Shown here: positions 29,309 to 43,240 of the stretch, piece by piece
How the letters are laid out: every line of letters begins with the position of its first letter
Numbering within the stretch: the stretch's first letter is position 1
Source of the DNA: Eledone cirrhosa
Taxonomy: Eukaryota
Assembly: GCA_964016885.1 (NCBI GenBank)
Contig: OZ024745.1
Location: 15,996,001 to 16,060,000, forward strand
Direction of reading: 5' to 3'
Length of the DNA: 64,000 nucleotides
The notes under the pieces: model-generated
Database searches by the model: none
What the model was told of the DNA's origin: nothing
The model's input: the letters and a program-made list of their open reading frames with translations, nothing else
Made by a program: the position numbers and the translations under genes

Positions 29309-32300
29309 AAATAACGAAACGAAATTAAATTTCGTTTCGTTTGTAACTCACTTTTGTATGACTGACGCTTAAACAATTAAGTTAAAGATGTACATCCATA
29401 TATGTATACTGAAATACTAGTATGTATATGAATACACACACGTATACATATGTAGATGTACCAAGTTTTTTCACTGGTCACTTTACTGTGAGTGGCCAGC
29501 TATTCTGTATGTAAACACACAGACAAACCGGTTTTTAGAGTCATACTGGTTTTTGAGGAAACACCTTTCCTCTATTCTCCAGAAAGCCAGACAAGGAATA
29601 TTGAACTAGTTTCGTTGTTGTTACAACTCATCAGCAATATTTACCTATCTTCCGGCCTCTCTAGAGAATCGTAAATGCACATATCGTTATATGCTTTTTC
29701 TATGAAAATTAGTAGTGGGCAGACTAATTTGCATAGAGTGTGAGTAAGTACCGGTTCAACGGAGACGATAAAAACAAATAACGAAACGAAATTAAATTTC
29801 GTTTCGTTTGTAACTCACTTTTGTATGACTGACGCTTAAACAATTAAGTTAAAGATGTACATCCATATATGTATACTGAAATACTAGTATGTATATGAAT
29901 ACACACACGTATACATATGTAGATGTACCAAGTTTTTTCACTGGTCACTTTACTGTGAGTGGCCAGCTATTCTGTATGTAAACACACAGACAAACCGGTT
30001 TTTAGAGTCATACTGGTTTTTGAGGAAACACCTTTCCTCTATTCTCCAGAAAGCCAGACAAGGAATATTGAACTAGTTTCGTTGTTGTTACAACTCATCA
30101 GCAATATTTACCTATCTTCCGGCCTCTCTAGAGAATCGTAAATGCACATATCGTTATATGCTTTTTCTATGAAAATTAGTAGTGGGCAGACTAATTTGCA
30201 TAGAGTGTGAGTAAGTACCGGTTCAACGGAGACGATAAAAACAAATAACGAAACGAAATTAAATTTCGTTTCGTTTGTAACTCACTTTTGTATGACTGAC
30301 GCTTAAACAATTAAGTTAAAGATGTACATCCATATATGTATACTGAAATACTAGTATGTATATGAATACACACACGTATACATATGTAGATGTACCAAGT
30401 TTTTTCACTGGTCACTTTACTGTGAGTGGCCAGCTATTCTGTATGTAAACACACAGACAAACCGGTTTTTAGAGTCATACTGGTTTTTGAGGAAACACCT
30501 TTCCTCTATTCTCCAGAAAGCCAGACAAGGAATATTGAACTAGTTTCGTTGTTGTTACAACTCATCAGCAATATTTACCTATCTTCCGGCCTCTCTAGAG
30601 AATCGTAAATGCACATATCGTTATATGCTTTTTCTATGAAAATTAGTAGTGGGCAGACTAATTTGCATAGAGTGTGAGTAAGTACCGGTTCAACGGAGAC
30701 GATAAAAACAAATAACGAAACGAAATTAAATTTCGTTTCGTTTGTAACTCACTTTTGTATGACTGACGCTTAAACAATTAAGTTAAAGATGTACATCCAT
30801 ATATGTATACTGAAATACTAGTATGTATATGAATACACACACGTATACATATGTAGATGTACCAAGTTTTTTCACTGGTCACTTTACTGTGAGTGGCCAG
30901 CTATTCTGTATGTAAACACACAGACAAACCGGTTTTTAGAGTCATACTGGTTTTTGAGGAAACACCTTTCCTCTATTCTCCAGAAAGCCAGACAAGGAAT
31001 ATTGAACTAGTTTCGTTGTTGTTACAACTCATCAGCAATATTTACCTATCTTCCGGCCTCTCTAGAGAATCGTAAATGCACATATCGTTATATGCTTTTT
31101 CTATGAAAATTAGTAGTGGGCAGACTAATTTGCATAGAGTGTGAGTAAGTACCGGTTCAACGGAGACGATAAAAACAAATAACGAAACGAAATTAAATTT
31201 CGTTTCGTTTGTAACTCACTTTTGTATGACTGACGCTTAAACAATTAAGTTAAAGATGTACATCCATATATGTATACTGAAATACTAGTATGTATATGAA
31301 TACACACACGTATACATATGTAGATGTACCAAGTTTTTTCACTGGTCACTTTACTGTGAGTGGCCAGCTATTCTGTATGTAAACACACAGACAAACCGGT
31401 TTTTAGAGTCATACTGGTTTTTGAGGAAACACCTTTCCTCTATTCTCCAGAAAGCCAGACAAGGAATATTGAACTAGTTTCGTTGTTGTTACAACTCATC
31501 AGCAATATTTACCTATCTTCCGGCCTCTCTAGAGAATCGTAAATGCACATATCGTTATATGCTTTTTCTATGAAAATTAGTAGTGGGCAGACTAATTTGC
31601 ATAGAGTGTGAGTAAGTACCGGTTCAACGGAGACGATAAAAACAAATAACGAAACGAAATTAAATTTCGTTTCGTTTGTAACTCACTTTTGTATGACTGA
31701 CGCTTAAACAATTAAGTTAAAGATGTACATCCATATATGTATACTGAAATACTAGTATGTATATGAATACACACACGTATACATATGTAGATGTACCAAG
31801 TTTTTTCACTGGTCACTTTACTGTGAGTGGCCAGCTATTCTGTATGTAAACACACAGACAAACCGGTTTTTAGAGTCATACTGGTTTTTGAGGAAACACC
31901 TTTCCTCTATTCTCCAGAAAGCCAGACAAGGAATATTGAACTAGTTTCGTTGTTGTTACAACTCATCAGCAATATTTACCTATCTTCCGGCCTCTCTAGA
32001 GAATCGTAAATGCACATATCGTTATATGCTTTTTCTATGAAAATTAGTAGTGGGCAGACTAATTTGCATAGAGTGTGAGTAAGTACCGGTTCAACGGAGA
32101 CGATAAAAACAAATAACGAAACGAAATTAAATTTCGTTTCGTTTGTAACTCACTTTTGTATGACTGACGCTTAAACAATTAAGTTAAAGATGTACATCCA
32201 TATATGTATACTGAAATACTAGTATGTATATGAATACACACACGTATACATATGTAGATGTACCAAGTTTTTTCACTGGTCACTTTACTGTGAGTGGCCA

Positions 32301-35300
32301 GCTATTCTGTATGTAAACACACAGACAAACCGGTTTTTAGAGTCATACTGGTTTTTGAGGAAACACCTTTCCTCTATTCTCCAGAAAGCCAGACAAGGAA
32401 TATTGAACTAGTTTCGTTGTTGTTACAACTCATCAGCAATATTTACCTATCTTCCGGCCTCTCTAGAGAATCGTAAATGCACATATCGTTATATGCTTTT
32501 TCTATGAAAATTAGTAGTGGGCAGACTAATTTGCATAGAGTGTGAGTAAGTACCGGTTCAACGGAGACGATAAAAACAAATAACGAAACGAAATTAAATT
32601 TCGTTTCGTTTGTAACTCACTTTTGTATGACTGACGCTTAAACAATTAAGTTAAAGATGTACATCCATATATGTATACTGAAATACTAGTATGTATATGA
32701 ATACACACACGTATACATATGTAGATGTACCAAGTTTTTTCACTGGTCACTTTACTGTGAGTGGCCAGCTATTCTGTATGTAAACACACAGACAAACCGG
32801 TTTTTAGAGTCATACTGGTTTTTGAGGAAACACCTTTCCTCTATTCTCCAGAAAGCCAGACAAGGAATATTGAACTAGTTTCGTTGTTGTTACAACTCAT
32901 CAGCAATATTTACCTATCTTCCGGCCTCTCTAGAGAATCGTAAATGCACATATCGTTATATGCTTTTTCTATGAAAATTAGTAGTGGGCAGACTAATTTG
33001 CATAGAGTGTGAGTAAGTACCGGTTCAACGGAGACGATAAAAACAAATAACGAAACGAAATTAAATTTCGTTTCGTTTGTAACTCACTTTTGTATGACTG
33101 ACGCTTAAACAATTAAGTTAAAGATGTACATCCATATATGTATACTGAAATACTAGTATGTATATGAATACACACACGTATACATATGTAGATGTACCAA
33201 GTTTTTTCACTGGTCACTTTACTGTGAGTGGCCAGCTATTCTGTATGTAAACACACAGACAAACCGGTTTTTAGAGTCATACTGGTTTTTGAGGAAACAC
33301 CTTTCCTCTATTCTCCAGAAAGCCAGACAAGGAATATTGAACTAGTTTCGTTGTTGTTACAACTCATCAGCAATATTTACCTATCTTCCGGCCTCTCTAG
33401 AGAATCGTAAATGCACATATCGTTATATGCTTTTTCTATGAAAATTAGTAGTGGGCAGACTAATTTGCATAGAGTGTGAGTAAGTACCGGTTCAACGGAG
33501 ACGATAAAAACAAATAACGAAACGAAATTAAATTTCGTTTCGTTTGTAACTCACTTTTGTATGACTGACGCTTAAACAATTAAGTTAAAGATGTACATCC
33601 ATATATGTATACTGAAATACTAGTATGTATATGAATACACACACGTATACATATGTAGATGTACCAAGTTTTTTCACTGGTCACTTTACTGTGAGTGGCC
33701 AGCTATTCTGTATGTAAACACACAGACAAACCGGTTTTTAGAGTCATACTGGTTTTTGAGGAAACACCTTTCCTCTATTCTCCAGAAAGCCAGACAAGGA
33801 ATATTGAACTAGTTTCGTTGTTGTTACAACTCATCAGCAATATTTACCTATCTTCCGGCCTCTCTAGAGAATCGTAAATGCACATATCGTTATATGCTTT
33901 TTCTATGAAAATTAGTAGTGGGCAGACTAATTTGCATAGAGTGTGAGTAAGTACCGGTTCAACGGAGACGATAAAAACAAATAACGAAACGAAATTAAAT
34001 TTCGTTTCGTTTGTAACTCACTTTTGTATGACTGACGCTTAAACAATTAAGTTAAAGATGTACATCCATATATGTATACTGAAATACTAGTATGTATATG
34101 AATACACACACGTATACATATGTAGATGTACCAAGTTTTTTCACTGGTCACTTTACTGTGAGTGGCCAGCTATTCTGTATGTAAACACACAGACAAACCG
34201 GTTTTTAGAGTCATACTGGTTTTTGAGGAAACACCTTTCCTCTATTCTCCAGAAAGCCAGACAAGGAATATTGAACTAGTTTCGTTGTTGTTACAACTCA
34301 TCAGCAATATTTACCTATCTTCCGGCCTCTCTAGAGAATCGTAAATGCACATATCGTTATATGCTTTTTCTATGAAAATTAGTAGTGGGCAGACTAATTT
34401 GCATAGAGTGTGAGTAAGTACCGGTTCAACGGAGACGATAAAAACAAATAACGAAACGAAATTAAATTTCGTTTCGTTTGTAACTCACTTTTGTATGACT
34501 GACGCTTAAACAATTAAGTTAAAGATGTACATCCATATATGTATACTGAAATACTAGTATGTATATGAATACACACACGTATACATATGTAGATGTACCA
34601 AGTTTTTTCACTGGTCACTTTACTGTGAGTGGCCAGCTATTCTGTATGTAAACACACAGACAAACCGGTTTTTAGAGTCATACTGGTTTTTGAGGAAACA
34701 CCTTTCCTCTATTCTCCAGAAAGCCAGACAAGGAATATTGAACTAGTTTCGTTGTTGTTACAACTCATCAGCAATATTTACCTATCTTCCGGCCTCTCTA
34801 GAGAATCGTAAATGCACATATCGTTATATGCTTTTTCTATGAAAATTAGTAGTGGGCAGACTAATTTGCATAGAGTGTGAGTAAGTACCGGTTCAACGGA
34901 GACGATAAAAACAAATAACGAAACGAAATTAAATTTCGTTTCGTTTGTAACTCACTTTTGTATGACTGACGCTTAAACAATTAAGTTAAAGATGTACATC
35001 CATATATGTATACTGAAATACTAGTATGTATATGAATACACACACGTATACATATGTAGATGTACCAAGTTTTTTCACTGGTCACTTTACTGTGAGTGGC
35101 CAGCTATTCTGTATGTAAACACACAGACAAACCGGTTTTTAGAGTCATACTGGTTTTTGAGGAAACACCTTTCCTCTATTCTCCAGAAAGCCAGACAAGG
35201 AATATTGAACTAGTTTCGTTGTTGTTACAACTCATCAGCAATATTTACCTATCTTCCGGCCTCTCTAGAGAATCGTAAATGCACATATCGTTATATGCTT

Positions 35301-37798
35301 TTTCTATGAAAATTAGTAGTGGGCAGACTAATTTGCATAGAGTGTGAGTAAGTACCGGTTCAACGGAGACGATAAAAACAAATAACGAAACGAAATTAAA
35401 TTTCGTTTCGTTTGTAACTCACTTTTGTATGACTGACGCTTAAACAATTAAGTTAAAGATGTACATCCATATATGTATACTGAAATACTAGTATGTATAT
35501 GAATACACACACGTATACATATGTAGATGTACCAAGTTTTTTCACTGGTCACTTTACTGTGAGTGGCCAGCTATTCTGTATGTAAACACACAGACAAACC
35601 GGTTTTTAGAGTCATACTGGTTTTTGAGGAAACACCTTTCCTCTATTCTCCAGAAAGCCAGACAAGGAATATTGAACTAGTTTCGTTGTTGTTACAACTC
35701 ATCAGCAATATTTACCTATCTTCCGGCCTCTCTAGAGAATCGTAAATGCACATATCGTTATATGCTTTTTCTATGAAAATTAGTAGTGGGCAGACTAATT
35801 TGCATAGAGTGTGAGTAAGTACCGGTTCAACGGAGACGATAAAAACAAATAACGAAACGAAATTAAATTTCGTTTCGTTTGTAACTCACTTTTGTATGAC
35901 TGACGCTTAAACAATTAAGTTAAAGATGTACATCCATATATGTATACTGAAATACTAGTATGTATATGAATACACACACGTATACATATGTAGATGTACC
36001 AAGTTTTTTCACTGGTCACTTTACTGTGAGTGGCCAGCTATTCTGTATGTAAACACACAGACAAACCGGTTTTTAGAGTCATACTGGTTTTTGAGGAAAC
36101 ACCTTTCCTCTATTCTCCAGAAAGCCAGACAAGGAATATTGAACTAGTTTCGTTGTTGTTACAACTCATCAGCAATATTTACCTATCTTCCGGCCTCTCT
36201 AGAGAATCGTAAATGCACATATCGTTATATGCTTTTTCTATGAAAATTAGTAGTGGGCAGACTAATTTGCATAGAGTGTGAGTAAGTACCGGTTCAACGG
36301 AGACGATAAAAACAAATAACGAAACGAAATTAAATTTCGTTTCGTTTGTAACTCACTTTTGTATGACTGACGCTTAAACAATTAAGTTAAAGATGTACAT
36401 CCATATATGTATACTGAAATACTAGTATGTATATGAATACACACACGTATACATATGTAGATGTACCAAGTTTTTTCACTGGTCACTTTACTGTGAGTGG
36501 CCAGCTATTCTGTATGTAAACACACAGACAAACCGGTTTTTAGAGTCATACTGGTTTTTGAGGAAACACCTTTCCTCTATTCTCCAGAAAGCCAGACAAG
36601 GAATATTGAACTAGTTTCGTTGTTGTTACAACTCATCAGCAATATTTACCTATCTTCCGGCCTCTCTAGAGAATCGTAAATGCACATATCGTTATATGCT
36701 TTTTCTATGAAAATTAGTAGTGGGCAGACTAATTTGCATAGAGTGTGAGTAAGTACCGGTTCAACGGAGACGATAAAAACAAATAACGAAACGAAATTAA
36801 ATTTCGTTTCGTTTGTAACTCACTTTTGTATGACTGACGCTTAAACAATTAAGTTAAAGATGTACATCCATATATGTATACTGAAATACTAGTATGTATA
36901 TGAATACACACACGTATACATATGTAGATGTACCAAGTTTTTTCACTGGTCACTTTACTGTGAGTGGCCAGCTATTCTGTATGTAAACACACAGACAAAC
37001 CGGTTTTTAGAGTCATACTGGTTTTTGAGGAAACACCTTTCCTCTATTCTCCAGAAAGCCAGACAAGGAATATTGAACTAGTTTCGTTGTTGTTACAACT
37101 CATCAGCAATATTTACCTATCTTCCGGCCTCTCTAGAGAATCGTAAATGCACATATCGTTATATGCTTTTTCTATGAAAATTAGTAGTGGGCAGACTAAT
37201 TTGCATAGAGTGTGAGTAAGTACCGGTTCAACGGAGACGATAAAAACAAATAACGAAACGAAATTAAATTTCGTTTCGTTTGTAACTCACTTTTGTATGA
37301 CTGACGCTTAAACAATTAAGTTAAAGATGTACATCCATATATGTATACTGAAATACTAGTATGTATATGAATACACACACGTATACATATGTAGATGTAC
37401 CAAGTTTTTTCACTGGTCACTTTACTGTGAGTGGCCAGCTATTCTGTATGTAAACACACAGACAAACCGGTTTTTAGAGTCATACTGGTTTTTGAGGAAA
37501 CACCTTTCCTCTATTCTCCAGAAAGCCAGACAAGGAATATTGAACTAGTTTCGTTGTTGTTACAACTCATCAGCAATATTTACCTATCTTCCGGCCTCTC
37601 TAGAGAATCGTAAATGCACATATCGTTATATGCTTTTTCTATGAAAATTAGTAGTGGGCAGACTAATTTGCATAGAGTGTGAGTAAGTACCGGTTCAACG
37701 GAGACGATAAAAACAAATAACGAAACGAAATTAAATTTCGTTTCGTTTGTAACTCACTTTTGTATGACTGACGCTTAAACAATTAAGTTAAAGATGTA
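29305..37798 (-). repeat. 467-bp tandem array, 18 full units plus a partial unit; retrozyme-like, HHR sense on the minus strand
   Basis: Exact 467-bp period in the ORF track (29492, 29959 ... 37431); no differences seen between units; begins right after (TA)n. Confidence 0.97.
29597..29641 (-). ncRNA. Minimal type I hammerhead ribozyme; repeats every 467 bp up to 37536-37580 (18 copies)
   Basis: AAUAUUG-CUGAUGA-GUUG(UAACAA)CAAC-GAAA-C(UA)G-UU^-CAAUAUU: 7-bp stem I, 4-bp stem II, palindromic stem III (AACUAGUU), GUU triplet. Confidence 0.88.
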
Positions 37799-40167
37799 TT
37801 TCAGTATACATATATGGATGTACATCTTTAACTTAATTGTTTAAGCGTCAGTCATACAAAAGTGAGTTACAAACGAAACGAAATTTAATTTCGTTTCGTT
37901 ATTTGTTTTTATCGTCTCCGTTGAACCGGTACTTACTCACACTCTATGCAAATTAGTCTGCCCACTACTAATTTTCATAGAAAAAGCATATAACGATATG
38001 TGCATTTACGATTCTCTAGAGAGGCCGGAAGATAGGTAAATATTGCTGATGAGTTGTAACAACAACGAAACTAGTTCAATATTCCTTGTCTGGCTTTCTG
38101 GAGAATAGAGGAAAGGTGTTTCCTCAAAAACCAGTATGACTCTAAAAACCGGTTTGTCTGTGTGTTTACATACAGAATAGCTGGCCACTCACAGTAAAGT
38201 GACCAGTGAAAAAACTTGGTACATCTACATATGTATACGTGTGTGTATTCATATACATACTAGTATTTCAGTATACATATATGGATGTACATCTTTAACT
38301 TAATTGTTTAAGCGTCAGTCATACAAAAGTGAGTTACAAACGAAACGAAATTTAATTTCGTTTCGTTATTTGTTTTTATCGTCTCCGTTGAACCGGTACT
38401 TACTCACACTCTATGCAAATTAGTCTGCCCACTACTAATTTTCATAGAAAAAGCATATAACGATATGTGCATTTACGATTCTCTAGAGAGGCCGGAAGAT
38501 AGGTAAATATTGCTGATGAGTTGTAACAACAACGAAACTAGTTCAATATTCCTTGTCTGGCTTTCTGGAGAATAGAGGAAAGGTGTTTCCTCAAAAACCA
38601 GTATGACTCTAAAAACCGGTTTGTCTGTGTGTTTACATACAGAATAGCTGGCCACTCACAGTAAAGTGACCAGTGAAAAAACTTGGTACATCTACATATG
38701 TATACGTGTGTGTATTCATATACATACTAGTATTTCAGTATACATATATGGATGTACATCTTTAACTTAATTGTTTAAGCGTCAGTCATACAAAAGTGAG
38801 TTACAAACGAAACGAAATTTAATTTCGTTTCGTTATTTGTTTTTATCGTCTCCGTTGAACCGGTACTTACTCACACTCTATGCAAATTAGTCTGCCCACT
38901 ACTAATTTTCATAGAAAAAGCATATAACGATATGTGCATTTACGATTCTCTAGAGAGGCCGGAAGATAGGTAAATATTGCTGATGAGTTGTAACAACAAC
39001 GAAACTAGTTCAATATTCCTTGTCTGGCTTTCTGGAGAATAGAGGAAAGGTGTTTCCTCAAAAACCAGTATGACTCTAAAAACCGGTTTGTCTGTGTGTT
39101 TACATACAGAATAGCTGGCCACTCACAGTAAAGTGACCAGTGAAAAAACTTGGTACATCTACATATGTATACGTGTGTGTATTCATATACATACTAGTAT
39201 TTCAGTATACATATATGGATGTACATCTTTAACTTAATTGTTTAAGCGTCAGTCATACAAAAGTGAGTTACAAACGAAACGAAATTTAATTTCGTTTCGT
39301 TATTTGTTTTTATCGTCTCCGTTGAACCGGTACTTACTCACACTCTATGCAAATTAGTCTGCCCACTACTAATTTTCATAGAAAAAGCATATAACGATAT
39401 GTGCATTTACGATTCTCTAGAGAGGCCGGAAGATAGGTAAATATTGCTGATGAGTTGTAACAACAACGAAACTAGTTCAATATTCCTTGTCTGGCTTTCT
39501 GGAGAATAGAGGAAAGGTGTTTCCTCAAAAACCAGTATGACTCTAAAAACCGGTTTGTCTGTGTGTTTACATACAGAATAGCTGGCCACTCACAGTAAAG
39601 TGACCAGTGAAAAAACTTGGTACATCTACATATGTATACGTGTGTGTATTCATATACATACTAGTATTTCAGTATACATATATGGATGTACATCTTTAAC
39701 TTAATTGTTTAAGCGTCAGTCATACAAAAGTGAGTTACAAACGAAACGAAATTTAATTTCGTTTCGTTATTTGTTTTTATCGTCTCCGTTGAACCGGTAC
39801 TTACTCACACTCTATGCAAATTAGTCTGCCCACTACTAATTTTCATAGAAAAAGCATATAACGATATGTGCATTTACGATTCTCTAGAGAGGCCGGAAGA
39901 TAGGTAAATATTGCTGATGAGTTGTAACAACAACGAAACTAGTTCAATATTCCTTGTCTGGCTTTCTGGAGAATAGAGGAAAGGTGTTTCCTCAAAAACC
40001 AGTATGACTCTAAAAACCGGTTTGTCTGTGTGTTTACATACAGAATAGCTGGCCACTCACAGTAAAGTGACCAGTGAAAAAACTTGGTACATCTACATAT
40101 GTATACGTGTGTGTATTCATATACATACTAGTATTTCAGTATACATATATGGATGTACATCTTTAAC

Positions 40168-40173
<6 letters not shown>
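37796..40173 (+). repeat. Inverted arm of the 467-bp array (5 units plus 43 bp)
   Basis: Reverse complement of the same unit; ends at (TA)n. Confidence 0.97.
38039..38083 (+). ncRNA. Minimal type I hammerhead ribozyme; repeats every 467 bp up to 39907-39951 (5 copies)
   Basis: AATATTG CTGATGA GTTG TAACAA CAAC GAAAC TA GTT CAATATT read directly on the plus strand. Confidence 0.88.
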
Positions 40174-40215
<42 letters not shown>

Positions 40216-40399
40216 TAGGTGATTGAGTACCAAAACAAGCATCCTATGCAATGACAGAGTGTATATATTAAAAGGCAGGATGAAGTTTCTGTTACATGTT
40301 TTTAGATTTTTATTGCCAAACCTCTGCGAAACGCGCGAAACAGGTCGATATACAATAAACATCTAAATATTGTAAACTAAACTTCGTCCTTTTTAATAT

Positions 40400-40471
<72 letters not shown>

Positions 40472-40829
40472 GTATATGGAGAGATGGAGAGAGAGAGAGA
40501 GATGCAAGATCAGATAGTTAGTGTACTCATTTTATTGATAAGAAATTCGCCTTGCAATCAAGTAGTTCTGAGTTCGATACCGCTGTGCAGGTGTCTTCCA
40601 TTTCAGCTTCAAGTTATCGAATGCCTTGTCAGCATGGCTGCCGATGTTGGTACAATAGTCTTATCATCAACACGAACTATATGACTCCAAATCAATCTTA
40701 CATTATCTGCAAGCCAAACAAATTATCACCAAAACCACCAACACTAACACATCTCGCATAAATTAATGTTACAGAACAAAATTAATCATGTCAAAATAAA
40801 TTAAACCTCGAAACATATTTCCGTAAAAT

Positions 40830-41020
40830 AATTGTTTCTACTTTTGGCACAACGCCAGCAATTATCCCAGTATATTACTGGTACTTTATTTTATCGACCC
40901 CGTAAGGATGAAAGGCAACGTTAACCTCGTCGGGATTTGAACTCAGACCATAAAGGGCCGTAACTCTTTGCTGCAAAGCATGGCGTCCGACCCTCTACCG
41001 ATACTGCCAATCTACCGCCC
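40830..41020 (-). mobile_element. tRNA-derived SINE
   Basis: Match to the window SINE consensus. Confidence 0.85.
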
Positions 41021-41634
41021 TAATAATAATAATAGTAATGAAATTATTGTGTACAGTGCTCAGGTGCACTACAACTCATCAAAGGCGCAAGTATAGTACA
41101 TAGAATAATATACAAATGTCAGGGAAGTAAATAGTGTATGAGTCATGATATACATGTGTGCATGTGTAGGGAGGGGGGACATCAGGTGTAGTGTTAGCGA
41201 ATCTCAGGAATAATAACAAAACGAAGTCTAATTACTGGAGACGACAAACGTCATCAAGGGGGAAGTCGAACTGATTACCTGGTTTCTTTTTAAGATACAT
41301 ATTTCTACACAAACGTGCGTCTGTGCCTTTTATCGATGTATATCAATAAAGTATATAAACATCAGCGGGTAAGGAAAAAAATCCGGTGATCTTCAAACGA
41401 AGTCCCCCGTTGATATTTGTTCTGGGGACTGTTACTTTCTTATATTCACTATTTGTTTTACTCTCCCAATATCACCGTCGGAAATACATTGATCAGGTAA
41501 TTAGCTCGTTGCTATTCTTAACAAATCACGTTTATATATAAATAAGTAATAGCTAGAGTTTACAGCCATGTCTCTCTCTGTCTGTCTATCTTTCATACTC
41601 ACACTTATATATATAAGTGTTGAACTAATATTAT

Positions 41635-42140
41635 ATCCCGCCGAGGTTGACTTTGCCTTTCATCCTTACGGGGTCGATAAAATAAAGTACCAGTAATGCA
41701 CTGGGTAATTGCTGGCCTTGTGCCTAAAGTAGAAACAATTATATATATATCGGTGAATTGGCAGTATCGGTAGAGGGTTGGACGCCATGCTTTCTAGCAT
41801 AGTTACGTCCCTTTACGATCTGAGTTCAAATCCCGCCAAGGTTAACTTTGTCTTTCATCCTTATGGAGTCGATAAAATAAAGTACCAGTAATGTACTGGG
41901 TAAGTGCTGGCCTTGTGCCTAAAGTAGAAACAAGTATATATATATACATAGGGCGGTGACTTGGCAGTATCGGTAGAGGGTCGGACGCCTTGCTTTGCAG
42001 CATAGAGCTACGGCCCTTGCCATTCTGAGTTCAAATCCCGCCGAGGCTAACTTTGCCTTTCATCCTTACGGGGTCGATAAAATAAAGTACCAGTAATGTA
42101 CTGGGTAATTGCTGGCCTTGTGCCAATAGTAGAAACAATT
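41635..42140 (+). mobile_element. Three head-to-tail tRNA-derived SINEs separated by short (TA)n
   Basis: One 5'-truncated copy and two full copies, each ending AGTAGAAACAA. Confidence 0.88.
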
Positions 42141-42212
42141 ATATATATATAGAGAGAGAGAGGGAGAGAGACTGATCATGTGATTATACTGGGAAAACAC
42201 TTTATTTTCTAG

Positions 42213-42248
<36 letters not shown>

Positions 42249-42290
42249 TATGGAATACTGTTGCCTTTTTGCTACAATATTTTCTATACC

Positions 42291-42331
<41 letters not shown>

Positions 42332-42879
42332 CACATATACCCCCCTCTCTCTCTCTAGATATATATATGCATGAATATTTATGTGTGCGTGTAGAAGGTA
42401 AGTTGTGTAAACTTACTAGTAGAAAGGTGCCATGTGGTGGTGCGGTATGTATGTTGGCCTGTTTACCAATTGTTATCTTCAATAAGATATTAAGAAATAG
42501 AAATAAATAACAAAAAGAAATACATCAAAAGCTGTGTCCGTGTAGTTAGGCTTCTAATTATCTCCCCGATATCACCTCAGATTCTCATCACACAATTCTC
42601 TCATATTCTATTGTTATTCCTATTTACTGAAGCAATTTCAATATTATCTCTTTGTGATCAAAACTAACAGAACCAACGAAAGCTACTGTTAGAATATATC
42701 TTAGAGATTCTTTTATATATATCAATAACTCATATTTTCATTTACAATAGCATCGGGTCAATCACTGGTTGGTGTAAAACCAACGTTGCTATCTCCAGTT
42801 CGGTATTGGCGTCAACCTTTACCTATCTATGGTCATAAAACCTGGGTAGTGACCCAAAGAAAAAGATCGTGAATACACG

Positions 42880-43240
42880 TGGCCACAATGTGGTTCCTAC
42901 GAAAGGTTTCTGGAGTAACCTTATTCGACAGGGTGCGTAATTCGGAGATCAGCGAGTCGCTCTAGGTAGAGCTGTTACTTTTTTTACATTGAGAGATCTT
43001 AGCTTCGGTGACACGAGCATATGAAAAGAATCGCAGAACCTATTCTATGGGTAACGCCAACCAGCAGGGGACCCAATGGTAGACTATGGACAAAATAGTT
43101 GAGTAGAATCCATCTGCTTTGTTCTTCTCGCTTGGGAATCCAGCTGTATCCCTTGGTGATGGTTGCTTCCTATAGGACCAGCTGGTAGGCGTGTCCTAGG
43201 ACTCAGTCCACACGACCCTCCCAACAATATGTGGGCCTCA
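42880..43240 (+). mobile_element. Decayed RTE 3' fragment
   Basis: Homologous to 13340-13690 (CGACAGGGTGCGTAATTCGGAGATCAG; GGACCAGCTGGTAGGCGTGT). Confidence 0.6.

Noticed and set aside
29492-29674. 60-aa ORF repeated 23 times as a tandem gene family
   Set aside because: GTG start, no recognisable domain, and antisense to the ribozyme; most likely incidental.
29305-40173. CRISPR array or tandem snRNA/5S gene cluster
   Set aside because: No unique spacers, eukaryotic context, and no recognisable snRNA, 5S or tRNA sequence in the unit.
40255-40360. GAAACAGGTC-GATATAC as the 3' half of an HHR next to the array
   Set aside because: No intact CUGANGA at a compatible position; at best a decayed remnant.
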